NCBI GenBank assembly: GCA_030271625.1
Contig: JARXKN010000002.1
Location: forward strand, 7,996 to 71,995
Length of the DNA stretch: 64,000 nucleotides
From: Patescibacteria group bacterium
Lineage (GTDB): Bacteria > Patescibacteriota > Saccharimonadia > Saccharimonadales > UBA4665
Direction: 5' to 3'
The notes below the pieces were generated by a model. It was not told where the DNA came from. It was given only the letters and a program-made list of their open reading frames with translations, and made no database searches. Of the stretch, positions 1 to 11,604 are shown one piece after another. Made by a program: the position numbers and the translations under genes. Positions within the stretch are counted from its first letter, which is position 1. Every line of letters starts with the position of its first letter.

Positions 1-261
1 GATGCCATTGTGGCGGACGCCAATGATGCGGCGCGCGATACCGTTCGAACTGCCGAAGGTAAAGCTCAGGAAAAGGCCGATAACATCGTCAAAGAAGCCG
101 AAGCCCGCTCCTTGCAAGATGCCGCTCGCTTGCGTAAGCAAATTGAGAAAGAAGTTGTTTCGTTGGTATCGGATGCCACCGAAGCTATTATTGACGAAAA
201 GCTCGATGACAAAAAAGACGCGGCGCTGATGGACCGAGTCTTGAAAGATCAACGCGCTTAA
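1..261 (+). CDS. atpF: F1Fo ATP synthase subunit b, C-terminal fragment (5' end outside window)
   Basis: Frame 1 is open from base 1. The charged Ala/Lys/Glu-rich helical tail is typical of the b stalk. Its stop overlaps the atpH start (TAATG at 259-263), and it sits directly upstream of atpH-atpA. Confidence 0.6.
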   Translation, partial: DAIVADANDAARDTVRTAEGKAQEKADNIVKEAEARSLQDAARLRKQIEKEVVSLVSDATEAIIDEKLDDKKDAALMDRVLKDQRA

Positions 262-677
262 TGAAAACCCCTCGCCACCAAGTTGCCGCCGCTTTAGCCA
301 CCCGTTCGCTTGGCTCTATCAATGAGCCAGCGTTCGCTAACGAGATCGCGGCCTACTTGCTGAGCGAGCATCGCACGGCGGAATTAAATTCACTGATGCG
401 CGATGTCATGCAGTACCGGGCTGACCACGGCATTGTCGAAGTTACCGCTCTCAGTGCTCGCCCGATAACCGCGGTCGTGCGAACCGATATAGAAAAGCAG
501 GTCCGGGCGTTATACCCTTCGGCCAAAACCGTTATTGTGACCGAACGGCATGATGCCAACATGGTTGGTGGTGTGCGATTGGAACTGGCGAACCAACAAT
601 TAGACCTCAGCGTAAGAGCCAAATTAAATCGATTTAAACAGCTAACGAATCAACAAGCTGCCCAAGGAAAGGAATAG
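261..677 (+). CDS. atpH: F1Fo ATP synthase subunit delta (OSCP-like), short 138-aa form
   Basis: Lies between the b fragment and atpA. The C-terminal 'VGGVRLELANQQLDLSVRAKLNRF' resembles the conserved delta C-terminus. Confidence 0.7.
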   Translation: MKTPRHQVAAALATRSLGSINEPAFANEIAAYLLSEHRTAELNSLMRDVMQYRADHGIVEVTALSARPITAVVRTDIEKQVRALYPSAKTVIVTERHDANMVGGVRLELANQQLDLSVRAKLNRFKQLTNQQAAQGKE

Positions 678-680
678 TCT

Positions 681-2231
681 ATGGCCGAGTTATCTATTAA
701 TGAACTGTCGAGCGACATTCGCGAGGCGATTGCCCAACTAAAGAATCGCCCGGAAGTCGAAAGCGTTGGTGTTGTCACCCGCGTTGGTGACGGTGTGGCT
801 TGGATCTATGGCCTATCCTCAGCTGGCTTTAATGAAATGCTCGAAATTGACGGCGTTAGCGGCCAGAAAATTACCGCCTTCGCACTTAACCTCGGCGAAG
901 ACGAAATTGGTGCCGTTTTACTTGGTGATGACCGCGAAGTTAAAGCTGGTGCAACGGTTCGTTTGAGCGGTAAGGTGCTGGAAGTACCAGTCGGCCCAGA
1001 GCTAATTGGCCGCGTGGTTGACCCACTCGGTAACCCGCTTGATGGCGGCCCAGCCATTAAAACCAAGCAAAACAGCCGCGTCGAGCGCACTGCCCCTGGT
1101 GTGTTAGATCGTAAGTCGGTTCACGAGCCACTTATGACTGGCTTGATTGCAATTGACGCCATCGTGCCGATTGGCCGTGGCCAGCGTGAGCTGATCATTG
1201 GTGACCGTCAAACCGGTAAGACGGCAATCGCTGTCGATACTATGGTTAACCAGTACCGTCAGAAGACCGGCGTTATAAACGTTTATGTAGCCATTGGTCA
1301 AAAAGCTTCTAAGGTCGCTGCCCTACAAGAGCGCCTCAAGCGCGAAGGCGTTATGGATCAGACGATTATAGTTGCGACTAGCCCAGCTGACCCCGCCGCA
1401 ATGCTCTACCTTGCACCATACACCGGTGCCGCTATTGGTGAGTACTTCCGTGATAATGCCCAGCACGCTTTGATCATCTATGATGACCTGACAAAGCACG
1501 CTGCCGCCTACCGCCAGATGTCCCTGTTGCTCCGCCGCCCACCAGGCCGTGAAGCCTACCCAGGCGATGTTTTCTACTTGCACTCACGTTTACTAGAACG
1601 AGCCGCCAAGCTATCCGATGAACTCGGCGCTGGTTCACTGACGGCGCTACCAATCATCGAAACCCAAGCTGGTGATATTAGCGCCTACATCCCAACCAAC
1701 GTCATTTCGATTACCGACGGTCAGATCTTCCTGGAAACGAACTTGTTCTACCAAGGTATCCGTCCGGCTATTTCCGTTGGACTGTCAGTCTCTCGTGTTG
1801 GTGGCGCCGCTCAAACCAAGGCTATTAAAGCCGTTGGCGGTGGTTTGAAGCTGAGCTTAGCCCAGTTCCGTGAACTAGCAGCCTTTGCCCAATTCTCGAC
1901 CGATCTTGACGCCGAAACTCGCCAGACTATCGAGCGCGGCCAGCGCCTGACTGAGTTGCTGAAGCAGTTGCAGTACAGCCCGTACTCTATTTGGGAAATG
2001 TACTCGTCACTACTGGCTGCTACCTCAGGTGCCTTCGATAAGGTACCTTTGGACAAGATTAAGGTTGCCGAAGACGCCCTCCACCGTGAGCTGAAAGCTA
2101 AGCATGCCAAGGTTATTGAAGCCGTTAATACTGGTGACAAGCCAACTGACGAACAGCAAGAAGCCATCCTGAAAGTCGCTAAGAGCGTCGCCAGTAGCTA
2201 CACCGCCGACATCAAAGAAGAAAAGGCCTAA
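681..2231 (+). CDS. atpA: F1Fo ATP synthase subunit alpha
   Basis: 516 aa with Walker A 'GDRQTGKT' and '[21 protein letters not shown]', both characteristic of alpha subunits. Confidence 0.97.
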   Translation: MAELSINELSSDIREAIAQLKNRPEVESVGVVTRVGDGVAWIYGLSSAGFNEMLEIDGVSGQKITAFALNLGEDEIGAVLLGDDREVKAGATVRLSGKVLEVPVGPELIGRVVDPLGNPLDGGPAIKTKQNSRVERTAPGVLDRKSVHEPLMTGLIAIDAIVPIGRGQRELIIGDRQTGKTAIAVDTMVNQYRQKTGVINVYVAIGQKASKVAALQERLKREGVMDQTIIVATSPADPAAMLYLAPYTGAAIGEYFRDNAQHALIIYDDLTKHAAAYRQMSLLLRRPPGREAYPGDVFYLHSRLLERAAKLSDELGAGSLTALPIIETQAGDISAYIPTNVISITDGQIFLETNLFYQGIRPAISVGLSVSRVGGAAQTKAIKAVGGGLKLSLAQFRELAAFAQFSTDLDAETRQTIERGQRLTELLKQLQYSPYSIWEMYSSLLAATSGAFDKVPLDKIKVAEDALHRELKAKHAKVIEAVNTGDKPTDEQQEAILKVAKSVASSYTADIKEEKA

Positions 2232-2236
2232 ATTAG

Positions 2237-3101
2237 ATGGCTAGCACCATTGCCCTCAAACAACGGATTAAGTCTGTTAAAGGTACTCGCCAGATCACTA
2301 AGGCGATGCAATTAGTAAGTGCTAGCAAGATGCGCCGCGCCCAAGATTCGGCTTTTAAGTCACGAGCTTACCGCGATGTGGCTTACGAGCTACTCGGTCG
2401 TTTAAATACCGTTAAAGAAGTTGCCCGTGAACCATTGTTCCGGGTGCGCCCCGTTAAGGCTCGGCTGTACATCATCATTACCAGTAACAGTGGTCTGGCC
2501 GGTGCCTACAATGCTAATACCTTAAAGCTCCTGTTCAGAGGCATCAAGGCTGATCAAGATGCCGGCGTCACGAGCCGGGTAATTGCCATTGGTAGTAAAG
2601 GTGCTCAGTTTGTGCGTCGCTTAAGCGCCGTTGACCTGGTGGCAGTTTATTCGGCACTCGGCGATCACCCGTCAGCTAATGATATTCGCCCCGTTCTTAA
2701 CACCATGATTAAGGCCTATAAAGACGAAACCGTTGATGACGTGCAGATTATCTACACTAACTTTAAGTCCAACCTTATCCAAGAAGCGCAGACAATTCAG
2801 TTACTGCCAGCTAAAACTGCCGGTATTGATGAAAATGCCGCTAAGCCCGTTGCCCTCAACTTTGAGCCTGACGTCGAGACGGTTATCGAACAAGTAACTA
2901 CCCGATTAGTCGAAGCCCAAGTCTGGCAGGCCGTGCTAGAATCACTAGCCAGCGAGCACTCCATGCGTATGCTGGCCATGAAGAACGCCACCGACAACGC
3001 CAAAGACTTAATTGATGACTACACGCTGGAACTAAACACCGCTCGACAGGCTAGTATTACCCAAGAGTTGGCCGAAATCACCGGTGGTGCGGAGGCGCTC
3101 A

Positions 3102-3109
<8 letters not shown>
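2237..3109 (+). CDS. atpG: F1Fo ATP synthase subunit gamma
   Basis: 290 aa. N-terminal 'LKQRIKSVKGTRQITKAMQLVSASKMRRAQ' and C-terminal 'NTARQASITQELAEI' are gamma hallmarks. Confidence 0.93.
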
Positions 3110-4839
<1,730 letters not shown>

Positions 4840-4840
<1 letters not shown>

Positions 4841-5268
4841 TGATTCACTTCCAATTAGTATCACTAGACGGTTCAAAGTTTGACGATGACGTCTATGAAG
4901 TGACGGTGCCAACCCTGGAGGGTGAAATTGGAATTTTAGATCACCACATGCCACTGATTGCCGTGGCCAAAACGGGTGTAGTGGCAGTCCGTCGCCAAGC
5001 CCGTGATAGTGATGCTCAACGCGAGTTTTTCGCAATTAATGGCGGTGCCATCGAAGTTGTTGATAACAAACTTCGTATCTTGGTTGACGAAGCCGATCAC
5101 GCCGACGATATCAATGAAGCCGAAGCCGAGGCTGCTATGGAGCGCGCTAAGAAGATGAAGGCCGAAGCCACCGATCAGGTCAGCTTAGAGCACGCTCAAG
5201 CGCTGGTCGACCGCCACGCCGTTCGATTGCAAGTTGCCAATTTGAAGCGCCGCCGCTCCAAGCGCTAA
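4840..5268 (+). CDS. atpC: F1Fo ATP synthase subunit epsilon
   Basis: 142 aa. The start overlaps the atpD stop (TAATG at 4838-4842). It has a beta-sandwich-like N-terminus and a helical Ala/Glu-rich C-terminus. Confidence 0.9.
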
Positions 5269-5560
5269 AGATTGTATGACAGAATCACTGCCGAACCGCA
5301 TATCCCCTGTCCCTAGTTGTGAGGAGGGACTGCGAGGCATTTCGGGTTTGCGAATGATCACCGAGATCCAAGCTCCAGAACTAATGGATGTTGCTTCAGT
5401 CCGAACTCTGACCTATGCCCGATACCAGGCGCTACATGTTAGTGCTAATAAAGCCGAGTATGGTTACTCCCAGTTCACAGCCAGCCAAACGAGCGAGCTA
5501 CCAACTGCTACGAAGCCTCCCCAAACTGGTTTTATGCGGCGCTTAAAACTCGTTAAGTAG

Positions 5561-5974
5561 TTATTTAGCGACGGTTAGTTTGCTAGTACAAAAGGCACAG
5601 CGACTGGCGGCTTTTGGAACCACGCTCAAACAGTCCGGACATTTTTTAGTTGATGGTTCTGGAGTGGTGGCTTTGCGGTTTGCGATGGTCACTAAGCGGT
5701 TGATAGGTTGGACGACAAAGAAAAACACGACGGCGGCAATAATAAAAAATGAAATGAAGTTATTAATAAAGTCGCCATACAAGAAGTGGCTGCCCCGGAA
5801 GCTAAAATAGGCTTCTGAAAACTTCTGTTGCTGGTAAACTGCCGACACTAGCGGCGTAATCATATCTTTGACAAAGGATTGTACGACGCTGTTAAAGGCC
5901 GCACCAACGACAACGGCGACTGCTAGGTCAACAACATTGCCGCGTAATATAAATTTTTTGAATTCTTTAAACAT
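5561..5974 (-). CDS. mscL: Large-conductance mechanosensitive channel MscL with C-terminal CxxC-x10-CxxC tail
   Basis: The N-terminus 'MFKEFKKFILRGNVVDLAVAVVVGAAF' is the MscL signature. There are two TM segments. The tail is 'CPDCLSVVPKAASRCAFC'. Confidence 0.85.
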   Translation of the reverse strand: MFKEFKKFILRGNVVDLAVAVVVGAAFNSVVQSFVKDMITPLVSAVYQQQKFSEAYFSFRGSHFLYGDFINNFISFFIIAAVVFFFVVQPINRLVTIANRKATTPEPSTKKCPDCLSVVPKAASRCAFCTSKLTVAK

Positions 5975-5999
5975 AGCTTACATAATAGCATTTACTCAG

Positions 6000-6356
6000 C
6001 TATTTTGCATCTGGCGCCGGCGGCTCAGGATCCTCACTTCGCGGCGATAGTATGTCGGCCAGCGATATATCAAGCTCACGAAAGGCGTCAGACTCGGTCC
6101 GGATGTAGTCAATAACGAGCTGAGCTTTGAGTGAGTTTTGGCGGCCTTCTAAATCATCGGGGAAAAAAGTCGCTTGGGCGATGCCTAGCGTGTCTTTCTC
6201 TAGCGACGACAAATCATTCCACAATCTGTTGGCCAGCCCTTTCATAAAGTCTGGATTATTGGTTTGTTGCTCAAGGAAATAACCGAGCACGGCACGTTCG
6301 ATTGCGGGTTGGCCCGGTTGTTCGGGAATAGCTGGGAATGATTCAGAATTGGCCAT
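6000..6356 (-). CDS. Hypothetical acidic 118-aa protein
   Basis: Clean ORF, divergent from 6484..7425. No recognisable motif. Confidence 0.5.
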   Translation of the reverse strand: MANSESFPAIPEQPGQPAIERAVLGYFLEQQTNNPDFMKGLANRLWNDLSSLEKDTLGIAQATFFPDDLEGRQNSLKAQLVIDYIRTESDAFRELDISLADILSPRSEDPEPPAPDAK

Positions 6357-6406
6357 GTTTTCCTCGCTTTGGTTTGCACATTATAACTGGTAATTTATAT
6401 TTGCTG

Positions 6407-6422
6407 TGTGAAGTTAGTTACA
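6407..6422. promoter_or_regulatory. CRP-type inverted repeat TGTGA-N6-TTACA (9/10 match to TGTGA-N6-TCACA)
   Basis: The sequence is tgtgaagttagttaca, in the 127-nt divergent intergenic region between 6000..6356(-) and 6484..7425(+). A TTGCAC-16nt-TATATT promoter-like pair lies just upstream at about 6376-6403. Confidence 0.3.
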
Positions 6423-6483
6423 ACTTGCTTAAGTGGCTAAGAAGCGTATCATAGACCGGTAGCTAATTAAAATAGAAGGCCTT

Positions 6484-7425
6484 ATGGAAACAACAATGAG
6501 AATGGAAAAGGAAGATACTCGTATGCAAGCACAAATTACTATTGGAGAGCCAATTGGTCTCGGCCACGGTAAAATCGATGGCGGTACATTATCGGCCGAA
6601 AGTGCTAATGAACTAGCCGAACAAGTAACTGAGCATCTCGTTAGTGTCGATAAAATGGCTCCTAGTACTTGTATTGATGGTCGTCCCTGTGGCGAGTGTA
6701 TGGATGGCAGCCCAACAGAGGCTCGTCCATCGGTTGCGGGTGGTGGTTTACTGACGGCCTATGCGGCTGCAGAGCTGACTGGCTGGTTTGAAGACGACAA
6801 TTTAAGCACGACTGGCCGGTTGCGCAATGTTGGTGAATACTTAGGCGCTCTGCAGTTTAAGTTTGGCGCTCACTGCGATGAAGGATCAGTTGAAAAGAAC
6901 TTTACCGCCGTAGCCGATGACGGCTCTAGCCATCCTAAAATTGGTTGCGGCGCTGATGACCTGTTGGTCGAAATCTTACAGCAACCATATGAACATTCCG
7001 ATGAAGTTACTGCCCTGACTGCCGCTGTCCTGAGCGATGGTTATGACGAGCGCTACATGCATTTTGTTAACGATAGTGAAGTCGCGCAACACATTGCCGA
7101 TTGGAACCCGACCGATTTAATTGACGTCTTAGGTGCCGAAACCGCCAACAACATAGAAATTTTGAAGGGTGCTCACGCTGAAGTTGCGGTGGTTTTTAAC
7201 TTCTTGCCGGATACCACCGTCGACCGAGATGCCTTTGTGGCTGATACTGGCGAGCAAGTGTTTGTAGTTGATATGTGGTACATCAACAAGCTTGCCAAAG
7301 CTATGGCCCGCGGACCAGAAATGGTAGCGCAAGAACAGCAGTTAAAGCACGCCATGGTGGCTTACCAAGTGGCTACCTATTTAACACTTTGTAACGGTTC
7401 ACAGCGACCAATCTTTCTCAAGTAA
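6484..7425 (+). CDS. Hypothetical 313-aa soluble protein with Cys/His/Asp cluster
   Basis: Long clean ORF. Motifs 'STCIDGRPCGEC', 'GAHCDEG' and 'HPKIGCGADD' suggest a metal site. The family was not recognised. The true start may be an internal Met (M7, M14). Confidence 0.6.
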   Translation: METTMRMEKEDTRMQAQITIGEPIGLGHGKIDGGTLSAESANELAEQVTEHLVSVDKMAPSTCIDGRPCGECMDGSPTEARPSVAGGGLLTAYAAAELTGWFEDDNLSTTGRLRNVGEYLGALQFKFGAHCDEGSVEKNFTAVADDGSSHPKIGCGADDLLVEILQQPYEHSDEVTALTAAVLSDGYDERYMHFVNDSEVAQHIADWNPTDLIDVLGAETANNIEILKGAHAEVAVVFNFLPDTTVDRDAFVADTGEQVFVVDMWYINKLAKAMARGPEMVAQEQQLKHAMVAYQVATYLTLCNGSQRPIFLK

Positions 7426-7435
7426 GCACAAGCTC

Positions 7436-7451
7436 TTTACAAAGTTGTAAA
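7436..7451. promoter_or_regulatory. Perfect inverted repeat TTTACAA-AG-TTGTAAA upstream of the MIP channel gene
   Basis: The sequence is tttacaaagttgtaaa, 42 nt upstream of the ATG at 7493 and adjacent to a TATACT box (7457-7462). Confidence 0.35.
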
Positions 7452-7492
7452 CTGCGTATACTCTTGTGGTATTAACTAAGTGGAGGTTCCAA

Positions 7493-8275
7493 ATGTTTGG
7501 ACGACGCAAGATAGCTGCCTTAGTAGCTGAATTTCTTGGTACCGGTTTTCTAACCCTATTAATTCTGAGCGTACAACGCTCTACAATTGGCGTGCCATTT
7601 TTCGTGGCTGCCGCGGCGGGACTGACAGTCATCGCCATGGTACTAGCCTTTTATCGAGTGTCAGGTGCTCATTTTAACCCAGCCTTAACGCTGGCGTTAT
7701 TTACAGCTCGTAAAGTTACCTTTATCCGTACCCTGGTCTATGTCTTAGTCCAGATTGCTGGTGCCTACGCTGCATACTTGTTATACAGCTACTTTGTACA
7801 CAACAAGCTTCAGGATATTGGTGGCAAATTTGCATGGCGTGTCTTTACGGCTGAAGCTGTTGGTACTGGTCTGCTAGCCTTTGGCTATGCTGCCGCCTTA
7901 TACCAACGCTTTACTGTTGGCGTCGCTGCAGCTGGAGCCGGTGTCGCTTACATGCTTGGTAGCATTGCTGCCTCATCAGCATCAGTTGGCCTGATTAACC
8001 CAGCTGTTGCTTACGGCGTTAAAGCTGCCACTCTAGCTTACTTGCTAGGTCCAGTTGCTGGTGCCTTAGTCGGTGTTAACTTGTACAAGCTCCTGTTTGC
8101 AGCTCCAGAAGGTGCTGTCGATGGTGGCGCCTCTGAGCTCGACCAGCTACAAAGCCGCGTCGGTGCCGATGCTGAAGTAACCCAAACTACGGTTACTACC
8201 GTTAAGCCAGCTCGCAAGCCACGAGCCGCTACAACCAAGTCACGTACTACTGCCAAACGCGCTCCTCGTAAGTAA
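7493..8275 (+). CDS. MIP-family channel (aquaporin/glycerol facilitator-like) with basic C-terminal tail
   Basis: Two NPA boxes ('HFNPALT', 'LINPAVA') and six TM segments. SD GGAGG at 7482-7486 precedes the ATG at 7493, so I trimmed the track ORF 7466. Confidence 0.9.
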   Translation: MFGRRKIAALVAEFLGTGFLTLLILSVQRSTIGVPFFVAAAAGLTVIAMVLAFYRVSGAHFNPALTLALFTARKVTFIRTLVYVLVQIAGAYAAYLLYSYFVHNKLQDIGGKFAWRVFTAEAVGTGLLAFGYAAALYQRFTVGVAAAGAGVAYMLGSIAASSASVGLINPAVAYGVKAATLAYLLGPVAGALVGVNLYKLLFAAPEGAVDGGASELDQLQSRVGADAEVTQTTVTTVKPARKPRAATTKSRTTAKRAPRK

Positions 8276-8293
8276 TAACTTACCGATCGCACT

Positions 8294-8321
8294 AAAAAAC
8301 CGGAGTTCGCTCCGGTTTTTT
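8294..8321. terminator. Bidirectional intrinsic terminator
   Basis: The sequence is aaaaaa-ccggag-ttcg-ctccgg-tttttt, between the convergent MIP channel and helicase genes. Confidence 0.7.
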
Positions 8322-8343
8322 ATTTGGCTAATATTTCTAAGCC

Positions 8344-11300
8344 TTAGATGGTGCCAGCCAGTAAATCATCCTCAAAGGCTATAATGCCATTGATATCGGA
8401 TGCATAGTGACTGGTATCAGGGAAATTGAGGTCGGTAACATGCTTCCAGACCGCCACTGCTAAGGCCTCTAATCGCTCCATGTCGTCCTGGGTTGGCGTA
8501 AGGGGCAAAGCTAGCTGTCGCGGTGTCTCAGCTTCCACATACAGCATCTGGCTGGTAATAGCTTTGGCATCAGCAAAACGACTGGCACCACTCACCAGCA
8601 GGCTGTAAAACAATAACTGTGTCCGATGCTGCCAGGCTTTGACCATTTTTGTTTGATCACGGGTCGTAAAGCTGGACAGTGCCTTGCCGGTTTTGTAGTC
8701 AGAAATGGTAACTGTCTGATTCGTTATCAGGATATGGTCTAGTTTTCCGCCTAAACGGGCCTCGCCCACGTAGACATCATTTAAGGTTACTTCGGCTAAA
8801 CCACCCTTTGGTAAGGTAAAGCCCTTAGCTGTAAACAGTTCCGTTAACATGGCTTGCCCAAACGGTAAGTAGCGCTCAAGGTCGGTTGCGGACAAGTGCT
8901 GTTTCTGGAGCGTTTCAGCAAACCGTTCCAATACACCCGGTACGACCGGGCGATCTTCGTTTACCAGCTGCTGACCGGCTTGGAGCCCGGCGTGCACGGC
9001 GGTACCGTAGCTCATGTGTGCCGAGGTGGGTGATGGCAAGCGGAGTAGTTGCCGCTCCAAAAAATCTTGTGGCCCGGCGGTAGCTATATTTAAGAACTGT
9101 AATAAACCAGTGGCACTTAAGTAAAAGTCATCTAGCCTGCCGGCGAGTAAAATTTTCTCATCGTTAGTTTCCAGTCGAGGCCAGCGCAGGGCTGATTCCA
9201 AAACGGCTGTCGGTGCAGCAACTTGGTCACCAGAAATTTGGGTCGTCGGCAGCGCGTTAGTAACTAATGGCGTCGCTAGCACCAGCTTGCCCTGTTCGGT
9301 GCTAGCGTAACTAGCGATTATGAGTGAACGTTTGGCCCGGGTGGCGGCAACATATAGTAGCCGCACATAATCGTCATACAATTCACCGTAGGGTTGGAGC
9401 GGTAAATTGGCGGGCGGTTTGCGGCTGACGCTCCGCGGCTGCCAAGTATCTTCGACCGCATCCAGTACGTAGACTGTATCAAATTCCAAACCCTTAGCTT
9501 TATGGACGGTCATGAGCTGAATGGCGTGTTCGCCGCTAGTAAACCAAGATTGATCGGTAACGCCGCGTTCTAAGCCGCGGTTAAGCTCGATAAACTGTAT
9601 GAAATCGGTCAAGCTGGCGGCTTCACCAGCGGCAAATTCATGACTTAATTGCGTTAAGAGCTGGATAGCCGAAAGGGCTTCAATGTAGCTGGTAGTAATC
9701 GGGAGGGCCAGATAATGGGCTTGCAGTGGGCTGGTCAGGTGTTCCCCGGTCTGCAAACCCAGTAGGTATTCCATCAGTAATGGCAGCGGTGGCTTAACTT
9801 GCGCTAACCACAGTAGCCAATTGGCCAGCGCCACTAAAGCCGTATCCTCATGCTGTAATAAGCTATCCAGCCAGTGGGGCGTCGCGTAGTTAGCCGTCGC
9901 CAACTGCCATAGCGCAAGTGGTGATAGCTGCCAAACTGGATAGCGCACCACCTGAGCCAGTAAACTGTTGACCTTTGGTTCAGTGCCGTCAGCAATCGCT
10001 TGGATGGTTTGAGCTAGCAGAAACACTAGTTCGACGACTTCGGATTCTAAAATATTGTTCTGTTGCTCGTAATTTATAGCCACCTGCCGGTCGTTTAACA
10101 AGACACTGAGACGCCGCAGGCTATCATGATTGCGTGCTAAGACAGCCGTGCTGGTCTTGTTATCCTGTTGCCAGTTAGCCGCGATGGAATTGGCCACAGC
10201 CAGCAGTTCGTGATCGCGGGTTGGGTACTGTCGGTGGTCAATTACACCGGGCGCTATAGCGGTTACAGCTGTTAGCTGTTTGACTAGTTCTGGCTGGCGT
10301 TTTACTAACCGGTCGTCGGCTTGTTCGATAATTGCTTGGGCAGTGTCCAAAATGGCCTGAGTTGATCGGTAATTTTCTGTCAGCACAATAGTTTTAGTGG
10401 CGGGATAGGTCTGTTTAAAGTTCAGCATATTGTTCAGCTCGGCACCATTAAAGGCATAGATTGATTGATCGTCATCACCAACGGCCATAAGATTCGGTTG
10501 TTCAGCGTTACTGTAATGCGTCGCTACTAAGTGAGCCAATTGCAGTTGGGCGGCATTAGTATCTTGGAACTCGTCAATTAGCACATACAGAAAGCGTTCT
10601 TGAACACTAGCTAATAGCTCCGGTTGCTGCTGCAGTTGGCTAATCACTTCCACCACCATATCAGCGTAATCGTAATAGCCCCGGAGATGGAGGCTGTCGC
10701 GGTAATCGGCATAGACATTGGCGACGGCTAACCACCAGGCATTACGCCGGCGTTCATCAAACATACCCTTCTGACCATTTACGGTCTGGATCCAGCGCTT
10801 TTTCCAGGCTCCGGTGTTGGTTGTTTTACCGGTGCCGGCATCGGCGGCCACAGCCGCTTGTAAACTGCCTTTTATAACAGCACTTAGAGAAGTCAGTGGC
10901 TTGACGACATCGGCAATATCGTCATCCGGCAGCACTAAAACAGCCGCTGCTAATTCAGGCAACCGTTTAGCGCTCAGGGCTGGGCTGAGTAACTCGACTA
11001 ACTTCGGCTCGATGTCGTTAAGGTAGGCCGCGTTATAGTTGATCATGGCTGCCAACTTGCCTGGTGTCAGACCGGCCTCTTTGGTGAGTTTCAGTGCCTC
11101 CTGGACATCTTTTATAGCGGTTAACGAACCAGCAAAGCGGCTCGCCAGTGGGTCGTCGAGTGGTAAGCTAGCTAAAATAGCTTGGATGATTTCTAACTGG
11201 GTGGCGTCCGGTGCGATACTGAGCCGGGCCCCGTTCCAAAAGTAGTCGGGATACTGATTCATTATCTCGGCTGCAAAGCTATGGAAGGTTCGTACTACAA

Positions 11301-11559
11301 CGCGGTGAGCGGTTGGCCCGATAAGCGTGTTTAATCGATCGCGCATGTTGGCAGCAGCGAAATTAGTAAACGTTAAACACAAAATGCTGCTGGCTGAGGC
11401 GTCGGTTTGTTTTAGAATATTAGCGACGCGGACGCTGAGTAATTGGGTTTTACCGGTCCCGGGGCCAGCTACAACTAGCACGGGCCCCTCCACCGCGTCC
11501 ACCGCTTGGCGTTGGGCCGGGTTTAAGCGCCGATATTCTGCTTCAAAATTTGCTACCAT
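8344..11559 (-). CDS. UvrD/PcrA/AddA-type SF1 helicase fused to C-terminal PD-(D/E)XK (RecB-family) nuclease
   Basis: 1071 aa. Walker A 'GPGTGKT', 'DEFQDTN' and '[11 protein letters not shown]' helicase motifs. The C-terminus carries 'GKLDHI...ISDYKTGK...QLLFY' nuclease motifs. Confidence 0.85.
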   Translation of the reverse strand: MVANFEAEYRRLNPAQRQAVDAVEGPVLVVAGPGTGKTQLLSVRVANILKQTDASASSILCLTFTNFAAANMRDRLNTLIGPTAHRVVVRTFHSFAAEIMNQYPDYFWNGARLSIAPDATQLEIIQAILASLPLDDPLASRFAGSLTAIKDVQEALKLTKEAGLTPGKLAAMINYNAAYLNDIEPKLVELLSPALSAKRLPELAAAVLVLPDDDIADVVKPLTSLSAVIKGSLQAAVAADAGTGKTTNTGAWKKRWIQTVNGQKGMFDERRRNAWWLAVANVYADYRDSLHLRGYYDYADMVVEVISQLQQQPELLASVQERFLYVLIDEFQDTNAAQLQLAHLVATHYSNAEQPNLMAVGDDDQSIYAFNGAELNNMLNFKQTYPATKTIVLTENYRSTQAILDTAQAIIEQADDRLVKRQPELVKQLTAVTAIAPGVIDHRQYPTRDHELLAVANSIAANWQQDNKTSTAVLARNHDSLRRLSVLLNDRQVAINYEQQNNILESEVVELVFLLAQTIQAIADGTEPKVNSLLAQVVRYPVWQLSPLALWQLATANYATPHWLDSLLQHEDTALVALANWLLWLAQVKPPLPLLMEYLLGLQTGEHLTSPLQAHYLALPITTSYIEALSAIQLLTQLSHEFAAGEAASLTDFIQFIELNRGLERGVTDQSWFTSGEHAIQLMTVHKAKGLEFDTVYVLDAVEDTWQPRSVSRKPPANLPLQPYGELYDDYVRLLYVAATRAKRSLIIASYASTEQGKLVLATPLVTNALPTTQISGDQVAAPTAVLESALRWPRLETNDEKILLAGRLDDFYLSATGLLQFLNIATAGPQDFLERQLLRLPSPTSAHMSYGTAVHAGLQAGQQLVNEDRPVVPGVLERFAETLQKQHLSATDLERYLPFGQAMLTELFTAKGFTLPKGGLAEVTLNDVYVGEARLGGKLDHILITNQTVTISDYKTGKALSSFTTRDQTKMVKAWQHRTQLLFYSLLVSGASRFADAKAITSQMLYVEAETPRQLALPLTPTQDDMERLEALAVAVWKHVTDLNFPDTSHYASDINGIIAFEDDLLAGTI

Positions 11560-11604
11560 CTACCGTTATTGTACTAGCTCAGTAGCCAGCGCACCACTTT
11601 TGCT

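Noticed and set aside
5276-5560. A 94-aa ORF that fills the gap between atpC and mscL.
   Set aside because: There is no SD-like sequence before the ATG and no recognisable motif. The composition is unremarkable. It may be real, because 290 nt of noncoding DNA would be long for this genome, but I cannot support a call.
6484-7425. Calling this ORF a beta-carbonic anhydrase.
   Set aside because: Only the C-x-D-x-R motif fits. The His/Cys motif has the wrong spacing and the protein is longer than typical beta-CAs. I kept it as an unknown with a possible metal site.
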